DNA of 32,000 nt from Nanopusillaceae archaeon (GTDB lineage: Archaea > Nanobdellota > Nanobdellia > Nanobdellales > Nanobdellaceae): assembly GCA_049974095.1 (NCBI GenBank), contig JBMFJD010000003.1, forward strand, positions 38,136 to 70,135. The letters are read 5' to 3'. Within the stretch, counting starts at the first letter, position 1. Every line of letters starts with the position of its first letter. A model generated the notes under the pieces. The model ran no database searches and had not been told where the DNA came from. It worked only from the letters and a program-made list of their open reading frames with translations. The translations under genes were made by a program, and so were the position numbers. Of this stretch, positions 1 through 9,300 are shown one piece after another.

Positions 1-657
1 GGAAGAGTAATGGCAAATTTTGGATTTAAAAATTTAATATTAGTACATCCATTAGTAAACCCATTTTCCGAAAAAGTAAAAATTGTTGCAAGAGATAAAG
101 GATGGGAAATAATTAAAAATGCAAAAATATATAATGATTTAAAGGAAGTAATAGACTTATTTGATATAAATTATGGAACTACTGGCGTTTCTTCTAAAAA
201 AGCAAATGAAATATTAAGAAACCCTATAACTCCAAGAGAATTAGGAGAAAAAATATGGAAATATGAGGAAAAAATAGGCATATTTTTTGGAAGAGAATCT
301 AGGGGATTCACAAATGAGGAATTGGATTTATTTGATTCAATAATAACAATACCTGCTGATGAAGAATACCCTATAATGAATATAACACATGCTGCTGCAA
401 TAATTTTATATGAAATTTTTATAACAAAAAATAATCCAATTAGGAAAACATTTAAGTTAATAAATAATGAAGAAAAGAAAATATTATATAAAAGTTTTAA
501 AGAATGGGTAGATCTATTACCTACATTCGATTATAGAAAACCCGTAATTTATAGAGCATTAAGAAATTTAATTGGAAAATCTTTGATAACAAAAAGAGAA
601 TATTCGATATTAATGGGAATATTAAGATTGACAAAAGAAAAAATAAAAAATAATTAA
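1..657 (+). CDS. SpoU/TrmH-family RNA 2'-O-methyltransferase (TrmJ-like), 5' end cut by the window edge
   Basis: The frame is open from nt 1 (GRV precedes the listed Met), so the listed Met is probably internal. RVMANFGFKNLILVHP fits the N-terminal NFG..L.LV.P region of SpoU methyltransferases. The C-terminal knot motifs GRESRGFTNEE and IPADEEYPIMNITHAAAIILYE are present. Confidence 0.75.
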   Translation, partial: GRVMANFGFKNLILVHPLVNPFSEKVKIVARDKGWEIIKNAKIYNDLKEVIDLFDINYGTTGVSSKKANEILRNPITPRELGEKIWKYEEKIGIFFGRESRGFTNEELDLFDSIITIPADEEYPIMNITHAAAIILYEIFITKNNPIRKTFKLINNEEKKILYKSFKEWVDLLPTFDYRKPVIYRALRNLIGKSLITKREYSILMGILRLTKEKIKNN

Positions 658-1178
658 TCTTTTATAAAATTCAAATATTTATTTATTGAAGCAAATGCTT
701 TCCCTCCTTTATGTAAAGGAACTTTCCAAAATTCCTTTAATCCATATTCTTCTACATCTCCATAATAATCAACAACTTCTACAATAAATAACCTATGAGC
801 ACCAATATCTACAAAATTTATTACTTTTGCCTCAATAACTCCTAAAGCATTTTCCAATACTGGTACATCTAATTTATTTCCTCTTTTTACTTTTAAATTA
901 AATTCTTTTATTTTATCTATTTCTTTCCCACTTGTTGTTCCTAATTTCCATAATAAATTATAATCATCAATTACATTGATAGAATATTGTTTATATTTAT
1001 TTATTAATTCAAATGTCCTATTTTCTCTTTCACATGCCAATACTGCTGCTTTTATTTCATCATCACATGGCATTACCCAAGAAGCTGCCATAAAATTTAT
1101 TTCATTATTGTTTATGCTTCCAGATCCAATTGCATATGCTGGTCTTGGATGTAAAATATAGTAAAATTTCTTTAGCAT
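654..1178 (-). CDS. Flavin reductase-like FMN-binding domain protein
   Basis: 174 aa. HPRPAYAIGSGS...INFMAASWVMPCDDE...TTSGKEIDKIKEF...AHRLFIVEVV follows the flavin-reductase-like split-barrel pattern (PRP...n.mt.sW...sG.d.dKf...h.lfvgeV). The 3' end overlaps the convergent upstream gene by 4 nt. Confidence 0.65.
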   Translation of the reverse strand: MLKKFYYILHPRPAYAIGSGSINNNEINFMAASWVMPCDDEIKAAVLACERENRTFELINKYKQYSINVIDDYNLLWKLGTTSGKEIDKIKEFNLKVKRGNKLDVPVLENALGVIEAKVINFVDIGAHRLFIVEVVDYYGDVEEYGLKEFWKVPLHKGGKAFASINKYLNFIKD

Positions 1179-1213
1179 ATCATTTTATAAGATTTTGCTA
1201 TTTAAATATCATA

Positions 1214-1579
1214 ATGCCAGAAGAAAATGTTAATCCAGTAATTCAAATGTATCAACCTGTTCAACAGGTACAGCAAAATGTTCAAGAACAAAATACTCAA
1301 CAAACACAACAAGAAGAAAAAAAAGAAAATATTCAGGAATTTCATATAAAGTTAAATATTAGAAAATGGATATTAAGAACTCCTTTATTTAGAAGAGCAA
1401 AAAAGGCATCAAAAGTAATTAAAGAGATAATAAAGAAAAGATATAAAGGAAATATTGTAAGATTGTCTATAAAGTTAAATAATTATATTTGGTCTAGAGG
1501 AATTAAAAAACCACCAACAAAATATAAACTAAAAATTATAAAAAAAGAAGACAAGATATATGTTGATTTAGATGAATGA
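1214..1579 (+). CDS. rpl31e: 50S ribosomal protein L31e with a Q-rich N-terminal extension
   Basis: The core RRAKKASKVIKEIIKKRYKG..VRLSIKLNNYIWSRGIKKPPTKYKLKI matches the L31e signature (kRa.kAv..ir.f....v.id..lN..iW.rGi..pP). I take the ATG at 1214 as the start, because the ORF-track start at 1130 lies inside the divergent promoter region. The TGA stop overlaps the trm1 ATG. Confidence 0.85.
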   Translation: MPEENVNPVIQMYQPVQQVQQNVQEQNTQQTQQEEKKENIQEFHIKLNIRKWILRTPLFRRAKKASKVIKEIIKKRYKGNIVRLSIKLNNYIWSRGIKKPPTKYKLKIIKKEDKIYVDLDE

Positions 1580-2654
1580 AGGAAAGGCAATAATAAATTA
1601 TAATAAAGATTTTTTAAAGAATTTATCAAGTAAATTACCAGTATTTTATAATCCATTAATGAAAATAAATAGAGATAGTACTATATTAGTTCTAAAATCT
1701 TATTATGATATTACAGGAAAAAAATTAAAGATTTTTGATTGTATGGCAGCAACAGGAATTAGATCTATAAGAATAATAAAAGAAATACCAGAAGTTATAA
1801 GGGAAATATATATAAATGATATAAAAAAAGAAGCATATGAAAATATTTTAGAAAATTTAAAATTAAATAATATAGAAATAAATGAAAAAATAAAAATATT
1901 AAATAAAGATTGTAGAGAAATATTATTAAAAGAAAAATTCGATTATATTGATATAGATCCTTTTGGTACTCCAGTCGGTTTTGTAGAACTTTTATCAAAA
2001 TCTTTAAATAAATACGGAATTGGTGGAATTACAGCAACAGATATTTCTTCATTATCTGGTTCTAGACCAAAATCTTGTTTTAAAAAATATAATACAATAG
2101 GAATAAAGACAGACTTTTATTTAGAATTTGGATTAAGAAATCTGGCAAAATATATAATTGTTGAAGGATTAAAATATGATACTGCATTAATACCAATTTT
2201 TGGATATTACTATAAACATCATTATAGAATTTATGTTAAAAAGAGTTTAAAAAGCAAAGATATAAATTATTTAATTGATAATATAAGGGAAATTTATTAT
2301 TGTGAAAAATGTGGATATAAGAATTTAGAAGGAGGAAAATGTAAAATATGCGAAAATGAAATGAAAAAATTAGGACCAATTTATATTGGAAAATTATATG
2401 ATGAAAAAATTTTAGAAAAAATTAAAGAAAATATAAAAATTTTGGAAATGGATAAAGAAGAAAATAAAGTTTTTGATAATATATTTAATTGTGATTCAAA
2501 AATAGATGTTTGGTATTACTATGATATAAGGAAAATATCTTCATATTATAAGAAAAATTTACCAAAAATAGAAAAAATTATTTTAGAAAATAATGGATGT
2601 AGAACTCATTTTACTCCATATGGTATCAAATTATATGATTATCCCAAAATTTAA
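1572..2654 (+). CDS. trm1: tRNA (guanine26-N2)-dimethyltransferase Trm1
   Basis: 360 aa. FYNPLMKINRDSTILVL, DCMAATGIRSIR and IDIDPFGTP are Trm1 hallmarks. A Cys4 knuckle CEKCGY...CKICE is present. Confidence 0.85.
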   Translation: MNEGKAIINYNKDFLKNLSSKLPVFYNPLMKINRDSTILVLKSYYDITGKKLKIFDCMAATGIRSIRIIKEIPEVIREIYINDIKKEAYENILENLKLNNIEINEKIKILNKDCREILLKEKFDYIDIDPFGTPVGFVELLSKSLNKYGIGGITATDISSLSGSRPKSCFKKYNTIGIKTDFYLEFGLRNLAKYIIVEGLKYDTALIPIFGYYYKHHYRIYVKKSLKSKDINYLIDNIREIYYCEKCGYKNLEGGKCKICENEMKKLGPIYIGKLYDEKILEKIKENIKILEMDKEENKVFDNIFNCDSKIDVWYYYDIRKISSYYKKNLPKIEKIILENNGCRTHFTPYGIKLYDYPKI

Positions 2655-2682
2655 AATTAAACAAAAACCATAATATATTTAT

Positions 2683-2970
2683 ATGAGATATAGCTTATTA
2701 ATAAGAATAGAAAAGAAAGTATCTATTGATGGAAACCCTGATATTTTATGGTATATTAATCAATTAGTTAAAAATACTAATGATTTAGAAAATATTCTAG
2801 AAGCTTTGAGATTATATAAACAAAAATTTAGGAAAAAGAATAAAATGAATATTGTTATTGTTGGAGATATAGATAAAAATATTATGGAAAAATATAAAGA
2901 TGATTTTAATATTATTATACAAAAAGATGTCCAAGAAAATATAACTAAATTTATAGACAAAAATAAATAA
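2683..2970 (+). CDS. Hypothetical protein (95 aa)
   Basis: This ORF fills the gap between trm1 and hef on the same strand, and its K/E/I/N composition resembles the real genes here. I recognise no motif. Confidence 0.4.
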   Translation: MRYSLLIRIEKKVSIDGNPDILWYINQLVKNTNDLENILEALRLYKQKFRKKNKMNIVIVGDIDKNIMEKYKDDFNIIIQKDVQENITKFIDKNK

Positions 2971-3005
2971 TATATGATAAAAACCTTTTTACTATATTTT
3001 ATATT

Positions 3006-5264
3006 ATGTTATCTATCCAATTAAGAGAATATCAAAAAAATATACTAAATACTTGCTTAAAGGATAATACTCTTGTTATATTACCAACAGGTACTGGAAA
3101 AACAATTATTGCATTTTTTCTAATTATAGAAAGATTAAAACAATATCCAAACAAGAAAATATTCTTCCTTGCACCAACAAAACCATTAACAAATCAACAT
3201 TATCAAAATTTCATAAAATTTTTCCCAGAATATAAAGAAAAAAGCATATTAATCACTGGAGATGTTCAACAGGAGAGAAGAACATATTTATATAAACAAG
3301 CACAAATATTTTTTATAACACCACAAACATTGCAAAATGATTTAATCAATGGAAAAGTAACATTTTATGATACATCCACAATTATTTTTGATGAAGCACA
3401 TAGAGCAGTAAAGAAATACTCATATACATTCATTGCAAAAAAATTTATCGAACAGGCAAAAGATGGAAGAATTATTGGATTAACAGCTTCTCCTGGTTGG
3501 AATATTGAAAGAGTACAAGAAGTAATAAATAATTTATATATAAAAAACATTGAAATAAGAACCGGAAAAGAAAAAGATATAGCACCATATATAAAAGATA
3601 CTGAAATAGAAAAAATTGAAGTAGAATTAAATAATGAATTAAATCAAATAAAAGAATTATTGGAAAAAGCAATGCAAATTAGAATTGATAGAATAAAAGA
3701 TTTAGATCCTTCAATAGAAATAAAAAAAGGAAAAAAATATATTTTAGAATGGATAGAAGAAATAAAGAAAAATCTTGAACTGAGAGAAAGAGATTATAAA
3801 TTAAGAGAAATATTGGAAAATCTTGCAGAAATGCTAAAAATTGCGCACGCAATTGAAGTATTAGAAACTCAAACATTGTATACCTTTATAGAATATTTTG
3901 AAGATATAGAAAAAGATTTAAGAAAAACGAAAGCAGATTATGAAGTATTAAATGATATAAGAGTAAAAAAAGCAATAAATTTAGCAAAAGAATTTATAAA
4001 TAAAAATATAGAGCATCCAAAGCTAAGTAAATTAATAGAAATATTAAAAGAAAATAAAGATAAAAAAATAATTGTATTTGCACAAATAAGAAAAACTCTT
4101 GATAGAATAAAAGAATATTGTGATAAAAATAATATAAATAGTAGAAAGTTTGTCGGAAAAAAAGAAATGAGTAGAACTGAACAAACAAAATTATTAAAAG
4201 AATTTTCTGAAGGAAAATTCAATGTTTTATTATCTACATCTGTTGGAGAAGAAGGTATAGATATACCAAAAGTAGATATTGTTATATTTTATGAGCCTGT
4301 ACCATCTGAAATAAGATATATACAGAGAAGAGGTAGAACCGGAAGGGGAGAAATAGGAAGAGTAATAATATTAGTTACAAAAGGAACTTTAGATGAAAGA
4401 TTTTTCTGGGTTGCAATAAAAAAAGAAAAAAAGATGCTTTTATTAATTAAAAGATTAAAAAAATATCTTCAAATAAATAATAATATAGAAAATAACAATC
4501 AGATGACAACTGTAATGGAAAGAGAAAAAACAGAAAAAAATGAAGGAATAATTAAGTTTTTGTCAAAAAATACTAAAGATACTATTAAAGAAGAAAATAA
4601 AGAAGAAAACACAATAATTAATAAAAAATCTGATATAACAACTATAATTGCTGATTATAAAGAAAAAGAATCTGGAGTTATACAAACTTTAGCAAATACA
4701 GATATATTAATTAGATTAGAAAACTTAGATATTGGAGATTATATAGTGGGAGATTATATAATTGAAAGAAAGAATATTTTAGACTTTATAAATTCAATAT
4801 TAGATGGAAGATTATATACTCAATTAGAAAAATTGAAAGATAAAAATTCTATATTAATATTGGAGGGTAGTGATGAAAATTTAGGGATAAATACAGAATT
4901 ATCAAAAAATTATTTAAGAACATTAATATTAAAAATAATGCTAGAATATAGAATACCAATAATAAGAACTTCAGATTTTCTAGAAACAGCAAATTATTTA
5001 TATCTATTAGCTAAAAATTATCAAAAATTCCCAAAAATACCTGAAAAAGTAAAGAATTTTGAAGATCTAAATGAAGTAAAGCTAGAAATATTAAAAACAA
5101 TTCCTGGAATTGGAGAGAGCTTAGCACTAAAATTATTAGAAAAATTTAAATCATTAAAGAATATATTTTTAGCTCAAAAAACAGAATTAGAAAATATTGT
5201 TGGAGAAAAAAGATCTGAAAGAATAAAAAAGATATTTGAAGAAGAATATAAAAAATCAGATTAA
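3006..5264 (+). CDS. hef: Hef-type helicase-nuclease (SF2 helicase + ERCC4/XPF nuclease + HhH2)
   Basis: 752 aa. Helicase motifs: LPTGTGKT (Walker A), FDEAH, TASPG, VGEEGIDIP, QRRGRTGR. C-terminal ERCC4 nuclease motif: ADYKEKESGV...GDYIIERKNILDF. Terminal helix-hairpin-helix: IPGIGESLALKLLEKF. Confidence 0.88.
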   Translation: MLSIQLREYQKNILNTCLKDNTLVILPTGTGKTIIAFFLIIERLKQYPNKKIFFLAPTKPLTNQHYQNFIKFFPEYKEKSILITGDVQQERRTYLYKQAQIFFITPQTLQNDLINGKVTFYDTSTIIFDEAHRAVKKYSYTFIAKKFIEQAKDGRIIGLTASPGWNIERVQEVINNLYIKNIEIRTGKEKDIAPYIKDTEIEKIEVELNNELNQIKELLEKAMQIRIDRIKDLDPSIEIKKGKKYILEWIEEIKKNLELRERDYKLREILENLAEMLKIAHAIEVLETQTLYTFIEYFEDIEKDLRKTKADYEVLNDIRVKKAINLAKEFINKNIEHPKLSKLIEILKENKDKKIIVFAQIRKTLDRIKEYCDKNNINSRKFVGKKEMSRTEQTKLLKEFSEGKFNVLLSTSVGEEGIDIPKVDIVIFYEPVPSEIRYIQRRGRTGRGEIGRVIILVTKGTLDERFFWVAIKKEKKMLLLIKRLKKYLQINNNIENNNQMTTVMEREKTEKNEGIIKFLSKNTKDTIKEENKEENTIINKKSDITTIIADYKEKESGVIQTLANTDILIRLENLDIGDYIVGDYIIERKNILDFINSILDGRLYTQLEKLKDKNSILILEGSDENLGINTELSKNYLRTLILKIMLEYRIPIIRTSDFLETANYLYLLAKNYQKFPKIPEKVKNFEDLNEVKLEILKTIPGIGESLALKLLEKFKSLKNIFLAQKTELENIVGEKRSERIKKIFEEEYKKSD

Positions 5265-5534
5265 ACCTTTCTTATATAACCTCTTTGGATTAGATAATAT
5301 TTTTATATCCCAATCTACTCCTAATTGTTTTGCAGCATCTATTAATTTATTTATATCTTCTACTTCCCATTTACATAAAGCAATTCCATTTTGTTCATCA
5401 AAATATAATTCCTTTAAATTTAGTCCTTCTGGTAATTTTTTATTTTTTGCCATTTCTATAACTTTATTTAATGTCTCTTTTGCTTTATCTAATTTTTCTT
5501 TTGATGGTAAATGTATTATATAAACTTCAGCCAT
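5256..5534 (-). CDS. Hypothetical small protein (possibly DUF4242-like)
   Basis: I prefer the start at MAEVYIIH (5534), which removes the overlap with the divergent DHH gene. Protein-like composition makes it more credible than the F/S/L-rich + strand shadow ORF at 5236-5523. The family assignment rests on a loose pattern (..LYFDEQNGIALCKWE..) only. Confidence 0.4.
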   Translation of the reverse strand: MAEVYIIHLPSKEKLDKAKETLNKVIEMAKNKKLPEGLNLKELYFDEQNGIALCKWEVEDINKLIDAAKQLGVDWDIKILSNPKRLYKKGLI

Positions 5535-5567
5535 GGTATAAAAATTATCACAAAAATCTTTTATATA

Positions 5568-6428
5568 ATGATATCTATAACCCACTGGGATATAGATGGT
5601 ATTGGTTGCCTATCTTTATTATATAAAAAATTTGGAGATAATTTTAAGGTATATTTTTCTAGTCCAAGATTAATAAATAAAACATTATTGAAAGTTATTG
5701 AAAACAATGATAAGAATGAGGAATTATATATAACAGATATTGCAATAAATCAAGAAGCTATATATTTATCTTCATATTTTAAAAAAGTATATTGGATAGA
5801 TCATCATGAAACAGAATATAATGAATTAACTTCAAGAATATATGTTTATATAAAAAAGTATAAATCCGCTACAAGAGTTTTATCAGAATTCTTAAATATA
5901 GAAATTCCTTTTTTAGATATCATTGATGATATTGATTCTGGAGAAATAAAAAATGATTTAGAGAAAGATCTATTAGATATGATAGTGGGAATAAGATATT
6001 TTTATCCAAAAACATTTGAAATATATTTTATTTCAATTGCAAAAAAACTATTAAATAATAATATAAAAAATATAATAGATTATGAAATAATTAGAAAATT
6101 TAGAAAAAAATTAAATGAAATATTCCTAAATCTAGATAAGAATATAAGAATAATAAGTGGAAAATATAAAATTTATTTAATAAAAATGAATGAAAATATA
6201 CCATCCAATTATATTTTAGAATATATAAAAAATAACTTAAGAGATAATCCAGATTTTGTTATAACATTATATGAAAAATCTAAGAGAGGAGAAATCAGGA
6301 CATTAAATAATAAAGATGTTAATATAATAGCAAAAGAACTAAATGCAAAAGGTCATAAATTTGCTGCGGGCTTTTCATATGAAAATGAAAATATTATTTA
6401 TGACAAAATAGTAAAAATAAATATTTAA
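5568..6428 (+). CDS. DHH/DHHA1-family phosphoesterase (NrnA/RecJ-like)
   Basis: SITHWDIDGIGC is DHH motif I/II, WIDHHE is the DHH motif, and the C-terminal GHKFAAGF is the DHHA1 GGH..AAG-type motif. The start is taken at the ATG at 5568. Confidence 0.7.
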   Translation: MISITHWDIDGIGCLSLLYKKFGDNFKVYFSSPRLINKTLLKVIENNDKNEELYITDIAINQEAIYLSSYFKKVYWIDHHETEYNELTSRIYVYIKKYKSATRVLSEFLNIEIPFLDIIDDIDSGEIKNDLEKDLLDMIVGIRYFYPKTFEIYFISIAKKLLNNNIKNIIDYEIIRKFRKKLNEIFLNLDKNIRIISGKYKIYLIKMNENIPSNYILEYIKNNLRDNPDFVITLYEKSKRGEIRTLNNKDVNIIAKELNAKGHKFAAGFSYENENIIYDKIVKINI

Positions 6429-6465
6429 ACATAATACTTATTAAGATTTAATATAAATATTATAA

Positions 6466-7704
6466 ATGGTTACTGCAATTTTAGTTACAAATATAACATA
6501 TGCAGATTATATAGTAGGAAATGTAGTAGGGAGTATATATCATTTGCCAGTATATTCAGTAAGACAAGATTCATTTTCAATAAATCAAACAGTTCAAGAA
6601 TTATTACAAAATAATGTAACAAATGTAATAATAATAGGAGGACCTGCAGTAATATCTAATTTATTATTGCAGGATTTAAATCAATCTGGAATAAGTTATA
6701 CATGGATCTGGGGAACTACTAGATATGATACATCATCATATGTAGCATTATACTTCTGGAACAATTCTGATTCTGCAGTATTAATTACAAGAGATTTAGT
6801 AAATAAAAATGTTAAAGGAGATAGATTACAATTAGTAACAGAAGCTGTACAAACTGCAGAAATGAATAAAATACCATTAATAATTGTACCAGATGGAGTA
6901 TTAACATCTACAAATATCTATGCTTTACAAAAATTAAATATAAGTCATGTATATATATTTACAGGATCTTCTGGAGAATTAGGAAATATTCCAGATCAAT
7001 TAAATTCATTAAATATAACATATACAATATATACTCCAAATGTAACACCAGAGATAAATTGTCAAACTACTGTATATGTAAATATAACTGAAAATACTTC
7101 TTGGGAAGATATTAGAGAAATATTTGTTGGAGAAGTACATGGTTTATGTTTTGTACCACAAGTTGTAAACCAACAAGTAAATATAACGGAAGAGAAGGAA
7201 GAGGTAGAAAATGAAACAAAAGAATTGTTTAGAGAATATAGAAATAATGAAATAAATACAACAGATATTATATTAAAACATTTAAATAGAATGATAGAAA
7301 CACAAGAATTATTAATAGATAAATTTGAAATATTATGTAATTATACGAACAATTCTTTACCAATATGTTCTATGTTACCACAATTAAATCAATCCTTATA
7401 TCAAACAATATTAGCATTGCAATCTGGAAATATATCAGAATTACAAGGATTATTCTCATTGCAAAATAATTTATTAAATGAAGATTGGAAAGAGACAAGA
7501 AGTATTGGAGAAAGTTTTATAGAAAAAGCTGAAGGCGAAAACTATGAAAAAATAGAGAAAAAAATAAGAGAGCATATGAACGAAGAAACAGAAAAAATAA
7601 AAGAAATTATTAATGAAACTAATAGCAACATAATTATTATAAATGAAAATGAAAGTATGGGCAACTTCGGAAATAATTATACGGGAGGATTCCATTACCC
7701 ATAA
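6466..7704 (+). CDS. Protein with two CWB2-like (cell-wall-binding repeat 2) modules and a coiled-coil, E/N-rich C-terminus
   Basis: AILVTN..ADYIVG....VTNVIIIGGPAVISN and AVLITRD...IPLIIVPDG...HVYIFTGSSGEL resemble CW_binding_2 repeats. The protein carries many N-x-S/T sequons. There is no N-terminal signal or TM segment, and a TAA sits in frame immediately upstream of the ATG. Confidence 0.5.
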   Translation: MVTAILVTNITYADYIVGNVVGSIYHLPVYSVRQDSFSINQTVQELLQNNVTNVIIIGGPAVISNLLLQDLNQSGISYTWIWGTTRYDTSSYVALYFWNNSDSAVLITRDLVNKNVKGDRLQLVTEAVQTAEMNKIPLIIVPDGVLTSTNIYALQKLNISHVYIFTGSSGELGNIPDQLNSLNITYTIYTPNVTPEINCQTTVYVNITENTSWEDIREIFVGEVHGLCFVPQVVNQQVNITEEKEEVENETKELFREYRNNEINTTDIILKHLNRMIETQELLIDKFEILCNYTNNSLPICSMLPQLNQSLYQTILALQSGNISELQGLFSLQNNLLNEDWKETRSIGESFIEKAEGENYEKIEKKIREHMNEETEKIKEIINETNSNIIIINENESMGNFGNNYTGGFHYP

Positions 7705-7714
7705 TTTTTTATAG

Positions 7715-7763
7715 ATGAAGAAAAACTCATCGGCAGATTAATGAAGAGGGTCTTGAGCACAGA
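7715..7763 (+). ncRNA. C/D box sRNA (2'-O-methylation guide), variant boxes
   Basis: Layout read directly from the sequence: AUGAAGA (7715-7721), 12 nt aaaactcatcgg, CAGA (7734-7737), tta, AUGAAGA (7741-7747), 12 nt gggtcttgagca, CAGA (7760-7763). This is the canonical archaeal 7-12-4-3-7-12-4 architecture. It lies in an 87-nt intergenic gap. Confidence 0.7.
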
Positions 7764-7791
7764 TTTTAAATATTTTTTATAATTATTTTTT

Positions 7792-8010
7792 ATGGAAGAA
7801 GAATTATATGCAACAAAATATGAACTATACTTATCTTTGATTATAACAATAATTGTACTATTAATAATTTTTACAACATTATATATAACTCCTGCTCCAA
7901 ATCTCTATCCAATATCTCTCTTAATTATATTATTAATGATAATAATAGATACTTATGTTTATTTATCATATAAAGGAAAGTTTCCTTTATATAAAGTTAA
8001 GAAAAAATAA
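7792..8010 (+). CDS. Small membrane protein (72 aa, 2 predicted TM helices)
   Basis: Two long hydrophobic stretches (LSLIITIIVLLIIFTTLYI and ISLLIILLMIIIDTYVYL). It sits 6 nt upstream of the phosphohexomutase gene on the same strand. Confidence 0.4.
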   Translation: MEEELYATKYELYLSLIITIIVLLIIFTTLYITPAPNLYPISLLIILLMIIIDTYVYLSYKGKFPLYKVKKK

Positions 8011-8016
8011 TTTTTT

Positions 8017-9300
8017 ATGAGTGTATTCAAAGCATATGATATTAGAGGAATATATGGAAAAGAATTAACAGATGAACTGATATATAAAATTGGATTAGCA
8101 TTTGGAAAATATTTTGAAAATTTTGAAACAATCGGAATAATGAGAGATGTAAGAATACATTCTGAAAGAATAAGAAATATTTTAACAAATTCTTTATTAC
8201 ATACCCATAATGTTTTAGACTTTGGAATTGGATCTACACCAGAGGCACATTATATTGCAAAAGTATATTCTATCCCAATATTAATGATTACTGCATCCCA
8301 TAATCCCCCAGAATACAATGGAATAAAACCAATAAAAAATAATGGAGAAGATATTTCTACAGAAGAAATAAAAAAAATAGAGAAACTGACTGAAGAAGTT
8401 AAAAAACCATCAGAAATTGTTGGAAAAGTTGAAGAAGAAAATTCAATAGAATTATATAAATGGTATATGAGAAAAAAATTTAAGGGATTAAATGGATTTA
8501 GAGTTGGTTATGATCCTTCAAATTCTGTTTTATCGTTGATGAAAGATATTTTATTAGATCTGGGAAATGATATAATATCAATAAATGATAAATTAAATGG
8601 AAATTTTCCATCACATTTGCCAGATCCATCAGTTGACGAAAATCTTAAACAATTAATAGAGTTAGTAAAGAATAAGAAATTAGATATAGGGTTTTCATTT
8701 GATGGAGATGGAGATAGAATTGGAATAGTTGATAATAACGGAAATATAATAAAAATGGATAAATATTTAATACCATTTATTAGAGAAAATAGAAAATTTG
8801 TAATTGAAATTTCTTTACCAATATATATTAGAAAATTAATAGAAGATAAAAAAGGAAGTTATATTTTATCAAGAACAGGCCATACATTTATTAAAGAAAA
8901 TTGTAGAAGATATGAAAGTTATATGGGAATAGAATACTCTGGTCATGTTTATTTTTCAGAAAATGATTATATAGATGATGGATTATTCGCAGGTTTAATG
9001 CTATTAAAACAAATTAAAAATGGATTTGAAATAAATAAAATAAAAGTACCAGAATACAATATAATAAAGAAAGAAATGCCAAAGAATGTTAATTTAATAG
9101 AAAAAGCAAAGGAATATGGAAAAAGAAATGGATATGAGTTAAATGATTTAAATGGAAATTTAGATGGAATAGAATTATTAAAAGAAAATATTAGAATCTT
9201 AGTAAGAGAATCTCAAACAGAACCAATATATAGAATTATAATAGAAAGTTATGATAAAAATATTGATATAAACAAAATATTTAATGATTTGACTTCATAA
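8017..9300 (+). CDS. Phosphohexomutase (phosphoglucomutase/phosphomannomutase/phosphoglucosamine mutase family)
   Basis: 427 aa. FKAYDIRG at the N-terminus, the catalytic-Ser loop TASHNPPEYNGIK, the metal-binding FDGDGDR, and the sugar loop EYSGH. Confidence 0.85.
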   Translation: MSVFKAYDIRGIYGKELTDELIYKIGLAFGKYFENFETIGIMRDVRIHSERIRNILTNSLLHTHNVLDFGIGSTPEAHYIAKVYSIPILMITASHNPPEYNGIKPIKNNGEDISTEEIKKIEKLTEEVKKPSEIVGKVEEENSIELYKWYMRKKFKGLNGFRVGYDPSNSVLSLMKDILLDLGNDIISINDKLNGNFPSHLPDPSVDENLKQLIELVKNKKLDIGFSFDGDGDRIGIVDNNGNIIKMDKYLIPFIRENRKFVIEISLPIYIRKLIEDKKGSYILSRTGHTFIKENCRRYESYMGIEYSGHVYFSENDYIDDGLFAGLMLLKQIKNGFEINKIKVPEYNIIKKEMPKNVNLIEKAKEYGKRNGYELNDLNGNLDGIELLKENIRILVRESQTEPIYRIIIESYDKNIDINKIFNDLTS

